From IMG/VR virus record IMGVR_UViG_3300032284_001716, positions 35,512 through 99,511 of that record: a stretch of 64,000 nt of DNA; one strand, given 5' to 3'. This DNA is from a virus. Both the position numbers and the translations under genes were made by a program. Position 1 is the stretch's first letter. Every line of letters begins with the position of its first letter. Shown piece by piece: positions 18,556 to 28,675 of this stretch. The notes under the pieces are model-generated. The model was not told where the DNA came from, did not search any database, and worked only from the letters and a program-made list of their open reading frames with translations.

Positions 18556-21500
18556 ATGCCGATTAATACAGACTTAAATGTCGCCCCATTTTTTGATGAC
18601 TATGATGCAAACAATCAGTACTATCGTGTTCTGTTCCGCCCGGGCACTGCTCTTCAGGCGCGTGAGCTAACACAGATCCAGTCTATCCTACAGAATCAGG
18701 TTGAGAGCTTTGGTAATTGGGCATTCAAGAATGGTGACATTGTTACCGGCTGTGCTATTACAGATCAGCCAGTTATTCCTTATGTCCGACTAGCTGATAG
18801 ACAAACTAACAGTTATAGTATTACGCCAGCAAATCTTGCTAATACGCGTCTAGTTAGTGCATCATCAAATCTTCAAGCTCGTATCATTCTAGGCAATCCT
18901 GGACTTGTTGGTAACTATCCTAATACTAATATCCTGTATATCCAGTATCTCAATACCGGTACTGCAAATCAGGCAACGTTCTTACCAAATGAAACACTGA
19001 ACATCTATACGATCCCTTCAAATGGGACGATTATTGCAACTGTTAACACATTCTCAAATACTACATCTAACACATATACCACTGGCAATGCGCATGGTAT
19101 CGCCGTTAGTGAAGGTATTGTGTATCTGAATGGTACGTTTGTCAAGGTTCTAAATCCTACATATGGTATTGTCAATGCCTACGGCACGTCTGCCGGTAAT
19201 AACTTTGTTGGATTCCAGCTTGTCGAAACTGTTGTTACTGAGAATCAGGATCCATCACTTCTTGATAATGCGCTTGGCTATCCAAACGAGAATGCACCCG
19301 GTGCGTATCGTTTAATGTTGCAGCCAACGCTTGTTGCGATGGATCAGGCAACTGCTGCAAATACAGACGGTTTTAATCCTATTGCACAGTATAGCTTTGG
19401 TAAGCTTGTCAGTAAGCAGCAGACATTAGTAGATCTTCATTCGATCGTTGATGACGCTATCTCAACACGTATCTATGAAGAAGCCGGCAACTACGTAGTT
19501 AACCCATTTGTTGTTGACACTATCTCTAATGCAGCAGCTCCCGATGCAGCTAATGCTGCAAACGGCTCATCTGATGCAACAAAGGTCCTTGCTCGTGTCA
19601 ATCCTGGTGTAGGATATGCCCAGGGCCATAGAGTTGAACTTATCGCAACTCGCTATGCACCTGTTCGTCGTGGTAATGATACGGTATCCTATAAGTCACA
19701 GCAGATTACGTTTAACTACGGTAGCTACTTTGTACTTAATGAAGTATCTGGTGCATTCGCTTTCAGCACGGGTCAAACAGTTGACCTCTATAATACAGTT
19801 CAACAGTCTGTTACGAATAGAACATTCGGAGGCCTATCTGTTGCGGGTACTAAGATTGGTACAGCACAGGTTCGTTGCTTCACATACAACGCCGGCATTC
19901 CTGGTCTTAAGGATGCAACATATATCCTTCACGTATTCAACGTTCAGATGATCGCTGGTTATAATACTAACCAAGTCGTCTCCGTGTATCTGAATGGTAC
20001 ACCAAAGGCTGTTGGTGACGTTGTCGGTACCGGTCTTCAGTCTGCAAGTACGAAGGATCAACTATACTCAGTTGGTGCAGTTGGCCTAAAGAATCTTAGA
20101 GACTCTGCAAATAACAATAACACTCAGTATGTGTATAGAAGCCAGAACACATCTGCAACTATGCTATCTAATGGTTATATCTCTGTCACTATCCCTGCAT
20201 CTGCAACTGGTGGTACAGACATCCTATCATATGGTAATACCGGTTCAGCCACTCTTCCATCAGTTGATGGTGCTTCTTTCATCGTCATGTCACAGGCTAA
20301 TAATCAGTCTGCATCACTGACAGGTACAGTTAACGTCAGCACATCATCAAACGTTGTGACTGCATCTTCACCTATCCTATCAACAACATTCTATCAGGGT
20401 GATCAGGTTAAGGTAGGCACTGAAATTAGAACTGTTATAACAGTTTCAAACTCAACATCGATGGTTGTTGATGCTCCTTGGTCAGTTGCAAATGCCGCTG
20501 CTAACTACTATAAGTTTATTGCAGCCGGTAAGATCATCCCCGTATATCAGGCTGGTTCAACGGGTGGTGTGTACATCATTAACACAACAAGCTTTGCGGT
20601 TGCAACTAACCTAGCGCTTGCTGGTTCAAGCGGTGTAACAGTCACTTATGATACACAAAGAACAAGCACTATACCTGCTCAAAAGGTTATTAAGAAGAAT
20701 CGCTTTGTCAAGATTCAGGCTAACACGAATCCGGCTGGTCCTCAGGGTCCATACTGCCTTGGTGTTGCCGACGTTCATCAAGTTAGTGCAATCTACGGTT
20801 CAGCTGATGGTTCATATACAACAAGCGGTGTTAACTTAACATCTGCTTTTGCATGGGACCATGGTCAGAAGGACACTCACTATGACTATGGTAAGATTAT
20901 TCCTACCGGTGGTTATAGCCCTTCAACATATCCTTATCTACTAGTTCAGCTTGACTACTTTGTTCCGAATACAACACCAGGTTCTGGCTTCTTCACTGTA
21001 GAGTCGTACGCAATCGATGATTCGAACTCTTCTAATAATAATGCAATTCAAACTAAAGATATTCCTGTCTATGTTGACGAGGGTGGTACTACACGCTGGC
21101 TGAGAGACTATATCGATTTCCGTATCCCTGCAAACAACGTTTCAGCAGATACCGGTTCAATCGATAGCAGCAATGCTACCCAAGTTACAACTGCAATTGC
21201 CCTAGCAACTGTCAATCCATCTAATACACTGACGCTGGCTACCGGTTCTGGCTTGATGACACCTGCTTACGGTAAGAATATGAGCGTAGATTATACGATC
21301 TATCTGCCGCGCCAAGATCTTGTCATGATTACTGCTGACACAACGATCAAGATTAAAGAAGGTCTATCAACCGCTGCGCCACAAACTCCATTGTCACCTG
21401 ACAATGCAATGACACTTGCAGTTCTTAACATTCCTCCATATCCTTCGCTGACAACAGACCAGGTTGATTCTAACCGCCTGAATAATCAGCGTTCTATCAA

Positions 21501-22317
21501 TATGGTTCGTGACACCTCAACGGCTATTACTGTTAACCTAGTTATGAACCGTCGCTATACAATGAAGGATATTGGTAAGCTTGATAATCGTATCGGCAAC
21601 CTAGAGTACTATACATCTCTATCTCTTCTTGAGCAGAAGGCAAAGTCAACAAGCGTCACCGATCAGAATGGTTTAGACCGCTTTAAGAATGGTATCTTTG
21701 TCGATCCATTTACAGACTTCAAGAATAGTGATGTAACAAACCCAGAGTATAGCATTGCCATTGATCAAAATAGAGGTCTTGCGCGTCCTAAGTTCATCAC
21801 TGAGGTTATTAAGTTTGACTTCAATGCTGGGTCATCTACAAATATCCAGAAGACTTCACGCCTTCTAACACTTCCATATACCTCTAACTCGTTCATTAAC
21901 CAGCCATACGCTACAAAGTATAGATCATCGGCACACGTTGCGTCTGCGTGGAACGGTACTCTGGTTCTTGCACCTGCCTATAGCAACCATATAGATACTA
22001 ACAATACAGCTTCTGTTGGTATCACTATAGATAATGCAACACCATGGCAGCAATTTGCTAACTCACCTATGGGTTCAGCGTGGGGTAGTTGGCAGACTAC
22101 TTCTAATGTATCAAGCTATAGCGTACAGACAGGTACACAAGACGTCTTGAAGGTTGAGCTTGGTTATCAGTATGTGCAGAGTACTGCTCAGCAGGCTATC
22201 GATAGAGCGATTGGTCAATATCAGGCTCAAGGTTATCAGATTGGTGGAACATCAACTACATTTACCTCTGGCCATGGTGGTATTGGTTCGAACGCGTCGA
22301 TAACAAAAATTAATTAA
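18556..22317 (+). CDS. Large virion structural protein, DUF4815/VrlC-like, N-terminal part
   Basis: DLNVAPFFDDYD..YYRVLFRPG..QARELTQIQS.LQNQ, NENAPGA.R, RRYTMKDIGKL..RI.NLEYYTSLSLLE, RFKNGIFVDPF. Confidence 0.85.
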   Translation: MPINTDLNVAPFFDDYDANNQYYRVLFRPGTALQARELTQIQSILQNQVESFGNWAFKNGDIVTGCAITDQPVIPYVRLADRQTNSYSITPANLANTRLVSASSNLQARIILGNPGLVGNYPNTNILYIQYLNTGTANQATFLPNETLNIYTIPSNGTIIATVNTFSNTTSNTYTTGNAHGIAVSEGIVYLNGTFVKVLNPTYGIVNAYGTSAGNNFVGFQLVETVVTENQDPSLLDNALGYPNENAPGAYRLMLQPTLVAMDQATAANTDGFNPIAQYSFGKLVSKQQTLVDLHSIVDDAISTRIYEEAGNYVVNPFVVDTISNAAAPDAANAANGSSDATKVLARVNPGVGYAQGHRVELIATRYAPVRRGNDTVSYKSQQITFNYGSYFVLNEVSGAFAFSTGQTVDLYNTVQQSVTNRTFGGLSVAGTKIGTAQVRCFTYNAGIPGLKDATYILHVFNVQMIAGYNTNQVVSVYLNGTPKAVGDVVGTGLQSASTKDQLYSVGAVGLKNLRDSANNNNTQYVYRSQNTSATMLSNGYISVTIPASATGGTDILSYGNTGSATLPSVDGASFIVMSQANNQSASLTGTVNVSTSSNVVTASSPILSTTFYQGDQVKVGTEIRTVITVSNSTSMVVDAPWSVANAAANYYKFIAAGKIIPVYQAGSTGGVYIINTTSFAVATNLALAGSSGVTVTYDTQRTSTIPAQKVIKKNRFVKIQANTNPAGPQGPYCLGVADVHQVSAIYGSADGSYTTSGVNLTSAFAWDHGQKDTHYDYGKIIPTGGYSPSTYPYLLVQLDYFVPNTTPGSGFFTVESYAIDDSNSSNNNAIQTKDIPVYVDEGGTTRWLRDYIDFRIPANNVSADTGSIDSSNATQVTTAIALATVNPSNTLTLATGSGLMTPAYGKNMSVDYTIYLPRQDLVMITADTTIKIKEGLSTAAPQTPLSPDNAMTLAVLNIPPYPSLTTDQVDSNRLNNQRSINMVRDTSTAITVNLVMNRRYTMKDIGKLDNRIGNLEYYTSLSLLEQKAKSTSVTDQNGLDRFKNGIFVDPFTDFKNSDVTNPEYSIAIDQNRGLARPKFITEVIKFDFNAGSSTNIQKTSRLLTLPYTSNSFINQPYATKYRSSAHVASAWNGTLVLAPAYSNHIDTNNTASVGITIDNATPWQQFANSPMGSAWGSWQTTSNVSSYSVQTGTQDVLKVELGYQYVQSTAQQAIDRAIGQYQAQGYQIGGTSTTFTSGHGGIGSNASITKIN

Positions 22318-22331
22318 GTTGGAGATATAAA

Positions 22332-25013
22332 TTGAGCGCAGTTTTAAGCACATACACTACAGATGTTGAGACCTCTACTCGTAGTGGCCAACAGGTGGTT
22401 GTGGATACAAACACAACTAAGCAAAATATCGGTAATTTTGTTACTGATATTTCTCTGCAGCCATACATGGCAGCGGAGGTTATCTCCTTCTATGCTTACA
22501 ATATTCGCCCAGGTGCCCGTGTCCACTGCTTCTTTGATAGTGTCAATGTTGATGCTTACTGCGCGCCGGGCGTCACATCAGTGGCTAACACAACATCTAT
22601 CGATACCTCAACAAACGCGTCTATCGTAAAGACTGCAGACTGGGGTACTGCAATCTATGCAGACTCAGCAGGTCATGTGTTTGGTCAGTTTGCTATTCCT
22701 GGCGGAACGTTTAAGACAGGTGACCGTACATTCACAATTGCTGATACTGCTAACCTGATCCTTGGTGCCGATGCTCTTACAACTAAAGCTGCAGCAACAT
22801 TCACTGCATCTAATCTAAGTGTTACTAAACAGACTGTAACACTGACGACAGTTAACCCAATTGTGTCGGTTGTCCCTGTATCACAAACAGTTGTAAACAC
22901 AACCTATTCGAACACATCAATTAATCTTCCTGACATCGTTTATATCGATGCTCAGTGGGAGCCTATTGCTCAGACACTTTCTATTAACACACCTAACGGT
23001 GAAGCTGGTGTTTATGCAGTATCACTTGACCTATACTTTAAGCAGAAGTCATCTCTTGGTAACCATGGTGTAACTGTATATCTCTGTGAGATCGCCAACG
23101 GTTATCCTGATGGCAAAAAGATTCTGCCGTTCTCAACAGTGCACTTAAATGACGCTGACATCAATATTAGCGAGGATGCATCGGTTAAGACTACATTCGT
23201 ATTTGAAGCTCCTGTTTTCCTAAACAATGGAATAGAATACGCCTTTATCTGTAAGCCTGATGCTAACGATCCGGACATTTGGGTTTATAGTGCTGCACTA
23301 GGCGACATCGATATTAAATCTGGTATTCAGGTATACAGCCAGCCAGTTCAAGGCACAGCATTCTTCGGTGCCACTATGACAGAGTGGACCGCACTACAAA
23401 CAGAATATATCAAACATACACTCAATATTGCTGTATTCACTCAGGCAAGAGGCGATGTTTATTTTAACAATTCTAACACTGACTATCTGACAATTCAGAA
23501 TATTGCTTTTAATAACTCTAATACGACGATTCTTCCGGGTGATACAGTATATCAGTCAGGCAACAGCACAGTCACAACAGTTAATACCTCAATTAAGGGA
23601 ACTGTTCATGGATATGATAATACACGAAACATCCTTCGTGTTTCCGATTCTGGTGCAAACTTCTCAAATAATGCATACATCCAAGTACATCGTTTTGCCA
23701 ACTCAACACTAAGATCATCACCCGGACCCAACACATCTACACTAGTAGCTTTCGGTAATACCGGTGCAATATACAATCCTGTTGTAGACTCTATCGTTGG
23801 TCAGTTTGCTACGATCACTCCTGCAGGTACAAGCGTAAGCTTTGACTATAAGGGTGCCAGCAACACATACCTGATTGATACTGGCAACTCAATTCCGATT
23901 ACCCCTGGTATCGAAACAGATATGTTCGATAAGGAAAGAATTGTAGGTAGCGTATCGAACGAAGCATCAGCCGGTACCGGTAAGACACTGACAATGCATG
24001 CGCGCATGCAATCTGACTCTGCTCTTCTTTCACCGGTCATTGATCTTGTCAAGGCTAATAGTTTAGTTATTGCGAATCAGGTCGACCCTGTAGGTTTCAT
24101 TTATAATGAGTACTATAACAATGGTACATCAAAGACAAAGTATATCTCTCAACTTGTCACTCTAGCCGCTGGTCAGGATGCACAGGATCTGCAGATCCAT
24201 CTAACAGCACACCGTCCGGTCGGTACCGATATTCAGGTTTATGTTAAGTTCCTTAATAGCCAAGATCCTGAACCAATGGTTAATAAGACTTGGACACCAA
24301 TGGTTAACCTCGGTTGGAATATCTATGGCGATCCGGGCAATCCAAATGCATCCAATGAATATGTATTCCAGACATTCCCTTACTATGGTCTAACACCTAC
24401 AACCGGCACTATTACTGCTAACAGCGTATTGGCTAATACAGTAACTGGCGTCAGTACTCTGTTTGGTACAGAGGTTAAGGTTGGCCAGTGGATTAACATG
24501 GCTGCAAACACAACGTACTCTGAAAATGCACGTCAGGTTGTTGCAATTGCAAGTAACACCTCAATGACTCTGAGCGCACCATTTGGTACTAACTATGCTG
24601 CTGGTTCTTCATACTATATTGTGCCACCACCTACTACGGCTTGGAACTCAACGACATTCTCGACACTTCAGACTGGTAATATCGCTGCAAATACGACGAC
24701 AAATATCATTACCGGTACAGGTACAAACTTCCTATCACTTCTACCTGGACAAACCATTAGTTTTGCACAGGATAGTGATATTATCGTTAGTATCACTAAC
24801 TCTACATCTTTGGCGGTACGTACTCCGTGGTCATCAACGGTATCTGGTGCTAACATGTATCTGGTAAGCACTGGTGGTGTTTCTTATCTGAACTCTAAGA
24901 ATAGCCTATACACAACATTTAATAGATTCCAAATTAAGGTTATCCTTCAATCAAACGATAGCTCTAAAGTCCCACTTATCAATGACTTACGAGCATTGGC
25001 TATGCAGCTCTAA
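22332..25013 (+). CDS. DUF4815-like virion structural protein, C-terminal part
   Basis: TTG start with GGAG RBS; PYM...I.F.A....P..R...FFD, PIAQT, DLYFKQK, SPVIDL, F..FQIKVIL, VP.I.DLRALA. Confidence 0.8.
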   Translation: MSAVLSTYTTDVETSTRSGQQVVVDTNTTKQNIGNFVTDISLQPYMAAEVISFYAYNIRPGARVHCFFDSVNVDAYCAPGVTSVANTTSIDTSTNASIVKTADWGTAIYADSAGHVFGQFAIPGGTFKTGDRTFTIADTANLILGADALTTKAAATFTASNLSVTKQTVTLTTVNPIVSVVPVSQTVVNTTYSNTSINLPDIVYIDAQWEPIAQTLSINTPNGEAGVYAVSLDLYFKQKSSLGNHGVTVYLCEIANGYPDGKKILPFSTVHLNDADINISEDASVKTTFVFEAPVFLNNGIEYAFICKPDANDPDIWVYSAALGDIDIKSGIQVYSQPVQGTAFFGATMTEWTALQTEYIKHTLNIAVFTQARGDVYFNNSNTDYLTIQNIAFNNSNTTILPGDTVYQSGNSTVTTVNTSIKGTVHGYDNTRNILRVSDSGANFSNNAYIQVHRFANSTLRSSPGPNTSTLVAFGNTGAIYNPVVDSIVGQFATITPAGTSVSFDYKGASNTYLIDTGNSIPITPGIETDMFDKERIVGSVSNEASAGTGKTLTMHARMQSDSALLSPVIDLVKANSLVIANQVDPVGFIYNEYYNNGTSKTKYISQLVTLAAGQDAQDLQIHLTAHRPVGTDIQVYVKFLNSQDPEPMVNKTWTPMVNLGWNIYGDPGNPNASNEYVFQTFPYYGLTPTTGTITANSVLANTVTGVSTLFGTEVKVGQWINMAANTTYSENARQVVAIASNTSMTLSAPFGTNYAAGSSYYIVPPPTTAWNSTTFSTLQTGNIAANTTTNIITGTGTNFLSLLPGQTISFAQDSDIIVSITNSTSLAVRTPWSSTVSGANMYLVSTGGVSYLNSKNSLYTTFNRFQIKVILQSNDSSKVPLINDLRALAMQL

Positions 25014-25014
25014 A

Positions 25015-25227
25015 ATGTCTAATAAATATGTAAAGACTGATGTTGAAGGTTTAGTTAGAGATATGCATTCAGGAGCAATCCTAAATGTGGACTACGCTGG
25101 ACTCTCAGCTTATAAGAAACAAAAGAAGGCGTTTGAGACGACTCAGAATATGTCTGAAAGACTGGATAAGTTAGAAGGCGATATGGATGAGATTAAACAG
25201 ATGCTACAACTGCTATTAAAAAGATAG
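25015..25227 (+). CDS. Small conserved T4-like phage protein with coiled-coil C-terminus
   Basis: LVRD..SGAILN.D...Y, then L..DM.EIKQML..LL; likely ATG at 25015. Confidence 0.8.
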   Translation: MSNKYVKTDVEGLVRDMHSGAILNVDYAGLSAYKKQKKAFETTQNMSERLDKLEGDMDEIKQMLQLLLKR

Positions 25228-25233
25228 GCTTAA

Positions 25234-25809
25234 ATGACAGTCACAGTTCAAAATACTACGGTCACTAGTACGTTCGACTTCTGGCGAAATCGTACTAACG
25301 AACTTGCAACTGCGATGTCGACAGTGGCTGTCACGGTCAACTCTAATACAGCTGCAGGTAATGCTGCTATCTCCGGAACGTTTACTGCTAACGTAATTAA
25401 CGTTTCTAATGGTTCTAGCAATATCGTCATCTCATCACCAACCACTGCCCAGAAGACAAGTGGTCAGTATGCTCTGAATGCCAATAACTCTTGGACTTAT
25501 AATCCAACGAGTAATGGTTCATTCACAACAAATGGCCCATTGATTCAGAATGTCGATAGTTTTGCTATGACCTTCAATGCTGCTGAATATTTAATTAGTG
25601 TTGTTGATAATACAGCCAATAATTTCTATGCCTCAAAGCTTCTAGTCACCCACAATACCGGCAATAGTTTTGTGACAGAGTATGGTAGCATCACTACTAA
25701 TACAGCACTTGGTACTTTTAGCTCTGGATCTAACTCAACAGCTGTTATCCTTAGATTCACACCAACCTCTTCGAATACCACTGTTAAATTTGCAAGGACA
25801 CTTATCTAA
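25234..25809 (+). CDS. Virion structural/fibre-associated protein
   Basis: TF.FWR..TNELA N-terminus; beta-sandwich C-terminus (DSF...AAEYLI...H......TEYG). Confidence 0.65.
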   Translation: MTVTVQNTTVTSTFDFWRNRTNELATAMSTVAVTVNSNTAAGNAAISGTFTANVINVSNGSSNIVISSPTTAQKTSGQYALNANNSWTYNPTSNGSFTTNGPLIQNVDSFAMTFNAAEYLISVVDNTANNFYASKLLVTHNTGNSFVTEYGSITTNTALGTFSSGSNSTAVILRFTPTSSNTTVKFARTLI

Positions 25810-26141
25810 TGGCCACTAAGGCTAATTTAGTCATTGATCAGGGGGCCACTTATAGTACTGACATCTATCTACTAGATGATAATGGCGATTCGTTGATGCT
25901 TGGAAATTATACTGTGGCTTCTCAGATGAGAAAGTCATACACATCTTCAAACGCTATTAGCTTTTCCTGCAGTACCAACGTTATTGAAGGAACTATTACA
26001 TTATCATTAACAGCTGCACAAACCGGCGCTATTACACCAGGACGTTTTGTATATGATGTAGAACTAACGGACACATATTCAAACACGGTTTCCCGTGTGG
26101 TGGAAGGTATTGTCACGGTAACACCTCAAGTAACGAGGTAA
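25809..26141 (+). CDS. Virion structural protein (BppU-like fibre adaptor)
   Basis: NLVIDQGAT, ASQMRKSY, LSLTA.QT, GR.VYDV, RVVEGIVTVTP.VT. Confidence 0.75.
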   Translation: MATKANLVIDQGATYSTDIYLLDDNGDSLMLGNYTVASQMRKSYTSSNAISFSCSTNVIEGTITLSLTAAQTGAITPGRFVYDVELTDTYSNTVSRVVEGIVTVTPQVTR

Positions 26142-26143
26142 AT

Positions 26144-26383
26144 ATGTCCAACATAATTGTAGCCAAGGTCAATAACGGTGGTGTGATAAACAGTCAGACA
26201 CCAGTGACCATCAAGAATACTCCTACCCTGATTAGCGGTAACGCTCATCTTAGGGTTGAGCAACTAACCAATGTAGATTCAACCGGGGAAGTAGACGGGG
26301 GAACACTAATTTATAATGCTAATACGGGAACATGGTCTATACAACAGATCATAGTTACGTTCTTTGATGGTGGATCTTTCTAA
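26144..26383 (+). CDS. Small fibre adaptor ending in DGGSF
   Basis: 79 aa; L.NVD.....DG.TL.Y....W fibre motif and terminal DGGxF. Confidence 0.65.
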   Translation: MSNIIVAKVNNGGVINSQTPVTIKNTPTLISGNAHLRVEQLTNVDSTGEVDGGTLIYNANTGTWSIQQIIVTFFDGGSF

Positions 26384-26393
26384 TCCTAAATCT

Positions 26394-26401
26394 TATAAAT
26401 A
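26394..26401 (+). promoter_or_regulatory. T4-type late promoter TATAAATA
   Basis: Exact consensus, intergenic, followed by GAGG RBS and ORF 26431. Confidence 0.85.
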
Positions 26402-26430
26402 TAAGAAAATAACAAAGAGGACCACCAGTA

Positions 26431-28404
26431 ATGGCAAACCTAATTCAGATCAAAAGAAGTAATACTGCTGCTACACCGGCAAACACGCTGAATGGTGGTG
26501 AGCTTGCATATTCGTATAACAGTAACTCACTCTTCATGGGTGCACAGACAGGTATATCAGCTGCTGGCTTTAAGATCGGTGGTTGGAAGTACAACTACCT
26601 TGATCAGGCTGGTAACCCTGGTGTCCTAACAGCCAACGCTGTCGTTATTGTCGACAATAACGGTTTCCATAACAACGTATATACTCAGGGTCTTACTGTT
26701 CAGACCTCAGGTGCTATCACAGCACCAACTATCACGTCAGTTTCAAACACAGCTAACTCTACACAGCTTGGTGCTGGTGGTTCAGGCCTAGGTACAGAGC
26801 TTGCTACAACAGCAGCTATTGTCACCTACGTTGCTGGTAGAACTGGTGCAGCGGTTGGTGCTAATGGTCAGCTACTATTCAACAACTCAGGTATCGTCAC
26901 AAGTACGTCGACAATCGCGTACGACTATACGACCGGCGCTATCACTATTGGTAACACGACTGTAAACGTACAGATTGGTTACGTTTCTGGCGGCGGTCAG
27001 CAGATGCAACATTGGCATGGTAATGCCAATACATATATGCAAGTTCAGATGACTAACGCTAATACCGGTACATCTGCTTCTACAGACTATATTGTAAACG
27101 CCGATAACTATACCGATACAACTAACTACGTCGACCTTGGTATCAACGGTTCTGGCTGGTCAAACACACAGTGGACAATTAACGGCGCTGATGACGGTTA
27201 TCTGTATGCCGCTAACGGCACGATGGCTATCGGTACTGCGTCTGCTAAGGCAGTTCAGTTCTTCTCAAACGGTACACTTGCTACTAACGAAGTTATGCGC
27301 ATCGATGCTGGTGCAAACGTTGGTATTGGTAACACAAACCCGAATGCTAAGCTTCAGGTAACTGGTACTGCTAACGTCTCCGGCGCAGCTCGTCTTGGAA
27401 GCACACTGACTGTTGATGGTGTCACAAACCTTAACGGTAACCTGACGATCTCTGCAACCTCAGGTCTTTCTGTAAACGGTTCGTACGGTACATCTGGTCA
27501 GGTTCTTGTTTCGAACGGTTCTGCTCTATATTGGGGTACAGGCACTTCAGGTGCTAATACACAGGTTCAGTTCAACGATAACGGTGTTGCTAACGCCTCT
27601 GCCGCGTTTACCTTCAACAAGGTATCTAATACACTTACAGTTGCTAACCTTGTAACAACATCTTCAGCTAACGTTGTTAACACAACTCTATCTGGCACAT
27701 TCACAAACGTAACATCGACAACTACATCGATCGGTGGTACTACAACGACTCTGTCTTCGAATGTCACCATTACTGGTGCAAACATTCAGGCTACATCGTC
27801 AACGTTCAATATTCAGAACGTTAACGTCTCTGGTAACCTTGTCGTCAGCGGTACACTAACTGCGATTGACTCTACAATCATCCAGACTAAAGACAACATC
27901 ATTCAGTTTGCTGATCAGCAAGCTAATACAGCAACATTCCTTGATGCTGTCGACACTGGTTTCTATGTTCAGACTGGTAACACGTCAACTTCATTCTATT
28001 CAGGTCTAGTTCGTGTTGCGGCAGGTTCTACTAATACTAACCCGCTGTTCAAGTTGTTCTCGACAGGCACATCTGTTAATACTACTATTATCGATACTGC
28101 TGCAACACTTGGTACATTGCAGGCTTACCTGTCATCAAGTGCCCTAACAACAAACAGCACGGTTGTCAATATCACAGCTAACTCTACAGTTTCTGTAGCT
28201 CTAGTTGCTAACTCGCTGTCACTATCGACCGCTCTTCCTGCTACATCAGGCGGTACCGGTACGGGCACATATACATCTGGTGATATTCTAGTGGCTAACA
28301 CCGGTAACGTACTAAATAAGTTAAGCCTTGGTACTTCTGGCTATGTACTTCAATCAAACGGCACTGCACTAGTCTATTCAACACTAGACGGTGGTACATT
28401 CTAA
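26431..28404 (+). CDS. Tail fibre protein
   Basis: IQIKRS...GELAY N-terminal anchor, G.VGIG...P.AKL.V.G and GQVL.SNG...W shaft repeats, terminal LDGGTF. Confidence 0.85.
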   Translation: MANLIQIKRSNTAATPANTLNGGELAYSYNSNSLFMGAQTGISAAGFKIGGWKYNYLDQAGNPGVLTANAVVIVDNNGFHNNVYTQGLTVQTSGAITAPTITSVSNTANSTQLGAGGSGLGTELATTAAIVTYVAGRTGAAVGANGQLLFNNSGIVTSTSTIAYDYTTGAITIGNTTVNVQIGYVSGGGQQMQHWHGNANTYMQVQMTNANTGTSASTDYIVNADNYTDTTNYVDLGINGSGWSNTQWTINGADDGYLYAANGTMAIGTASAKAVQFFSNGTLATNEVMRIDAGANVGIGNTNPNAKLQVTGTANVSGAARLGSTLTVDGVTNLNGNLTISATSGLSVNGSYGTSGQVLVSNGSALYWGTGTSGANTQVQFNDNGVANASAAFTFNKVSNTLTVANLVTTSSANVVNTTLSGTFTNVTSTTTSIGGTTTTLSSNVTITGANIQATSSTFNIQNVNVSGNLVVSGTLTAIDSTIIQTKDNIIQFADQQANTATFLDAVDTGFYVQTGNTSTSFYSGLVRVAAGSTNTNPLFKLFSTGTSVNTTIIDTAATLGTLQAYLSSSALTTNSTVVNITANSTVSVALVANSLSLSTALPATSGGTGTGTYTSGDILVANTGNVLNKLSLGTSGYVLQSNGTALVYSTLDGGTF

Positions 28405-28431
28405 CGTTAACATTAATGGATCTATTATATC

Positions 28432-28641
28432 ATGAATTCAGACCTTGTAAACCTTTATATTGAAAAACTACTATCTGAAGTAACTGAGTCTGTCAAGACT
28501 AGAATCTTGTTACAGACTCAGTTAACCTACACTGAGCGAATAAATGCTGAGTTACAGCAGAAGAACTCGGAATTGGAGGAGCAGATTAGTAAGTTAGAGG
28601 TTAGCTTAAATAAGCGAGCCGCTAAGATAAAAGAAGATTAG
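28432..28641 (+). CDS. Small coiled-coil protein, possible fibre chaperone
   Basis: 69 aa heptad-rich ORF between fibre genes. Confidence 0.6.
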   Translation: MNSDLVNLYIEKLLSEVTESVKTRILLQTQLTYTERINAELQQKNSELEEQISKLEVSLNKRAAKIKED

Positions 28642-28675
28642 ACACCTCGGTATATACCGCTCATGAGGAAGCCAC

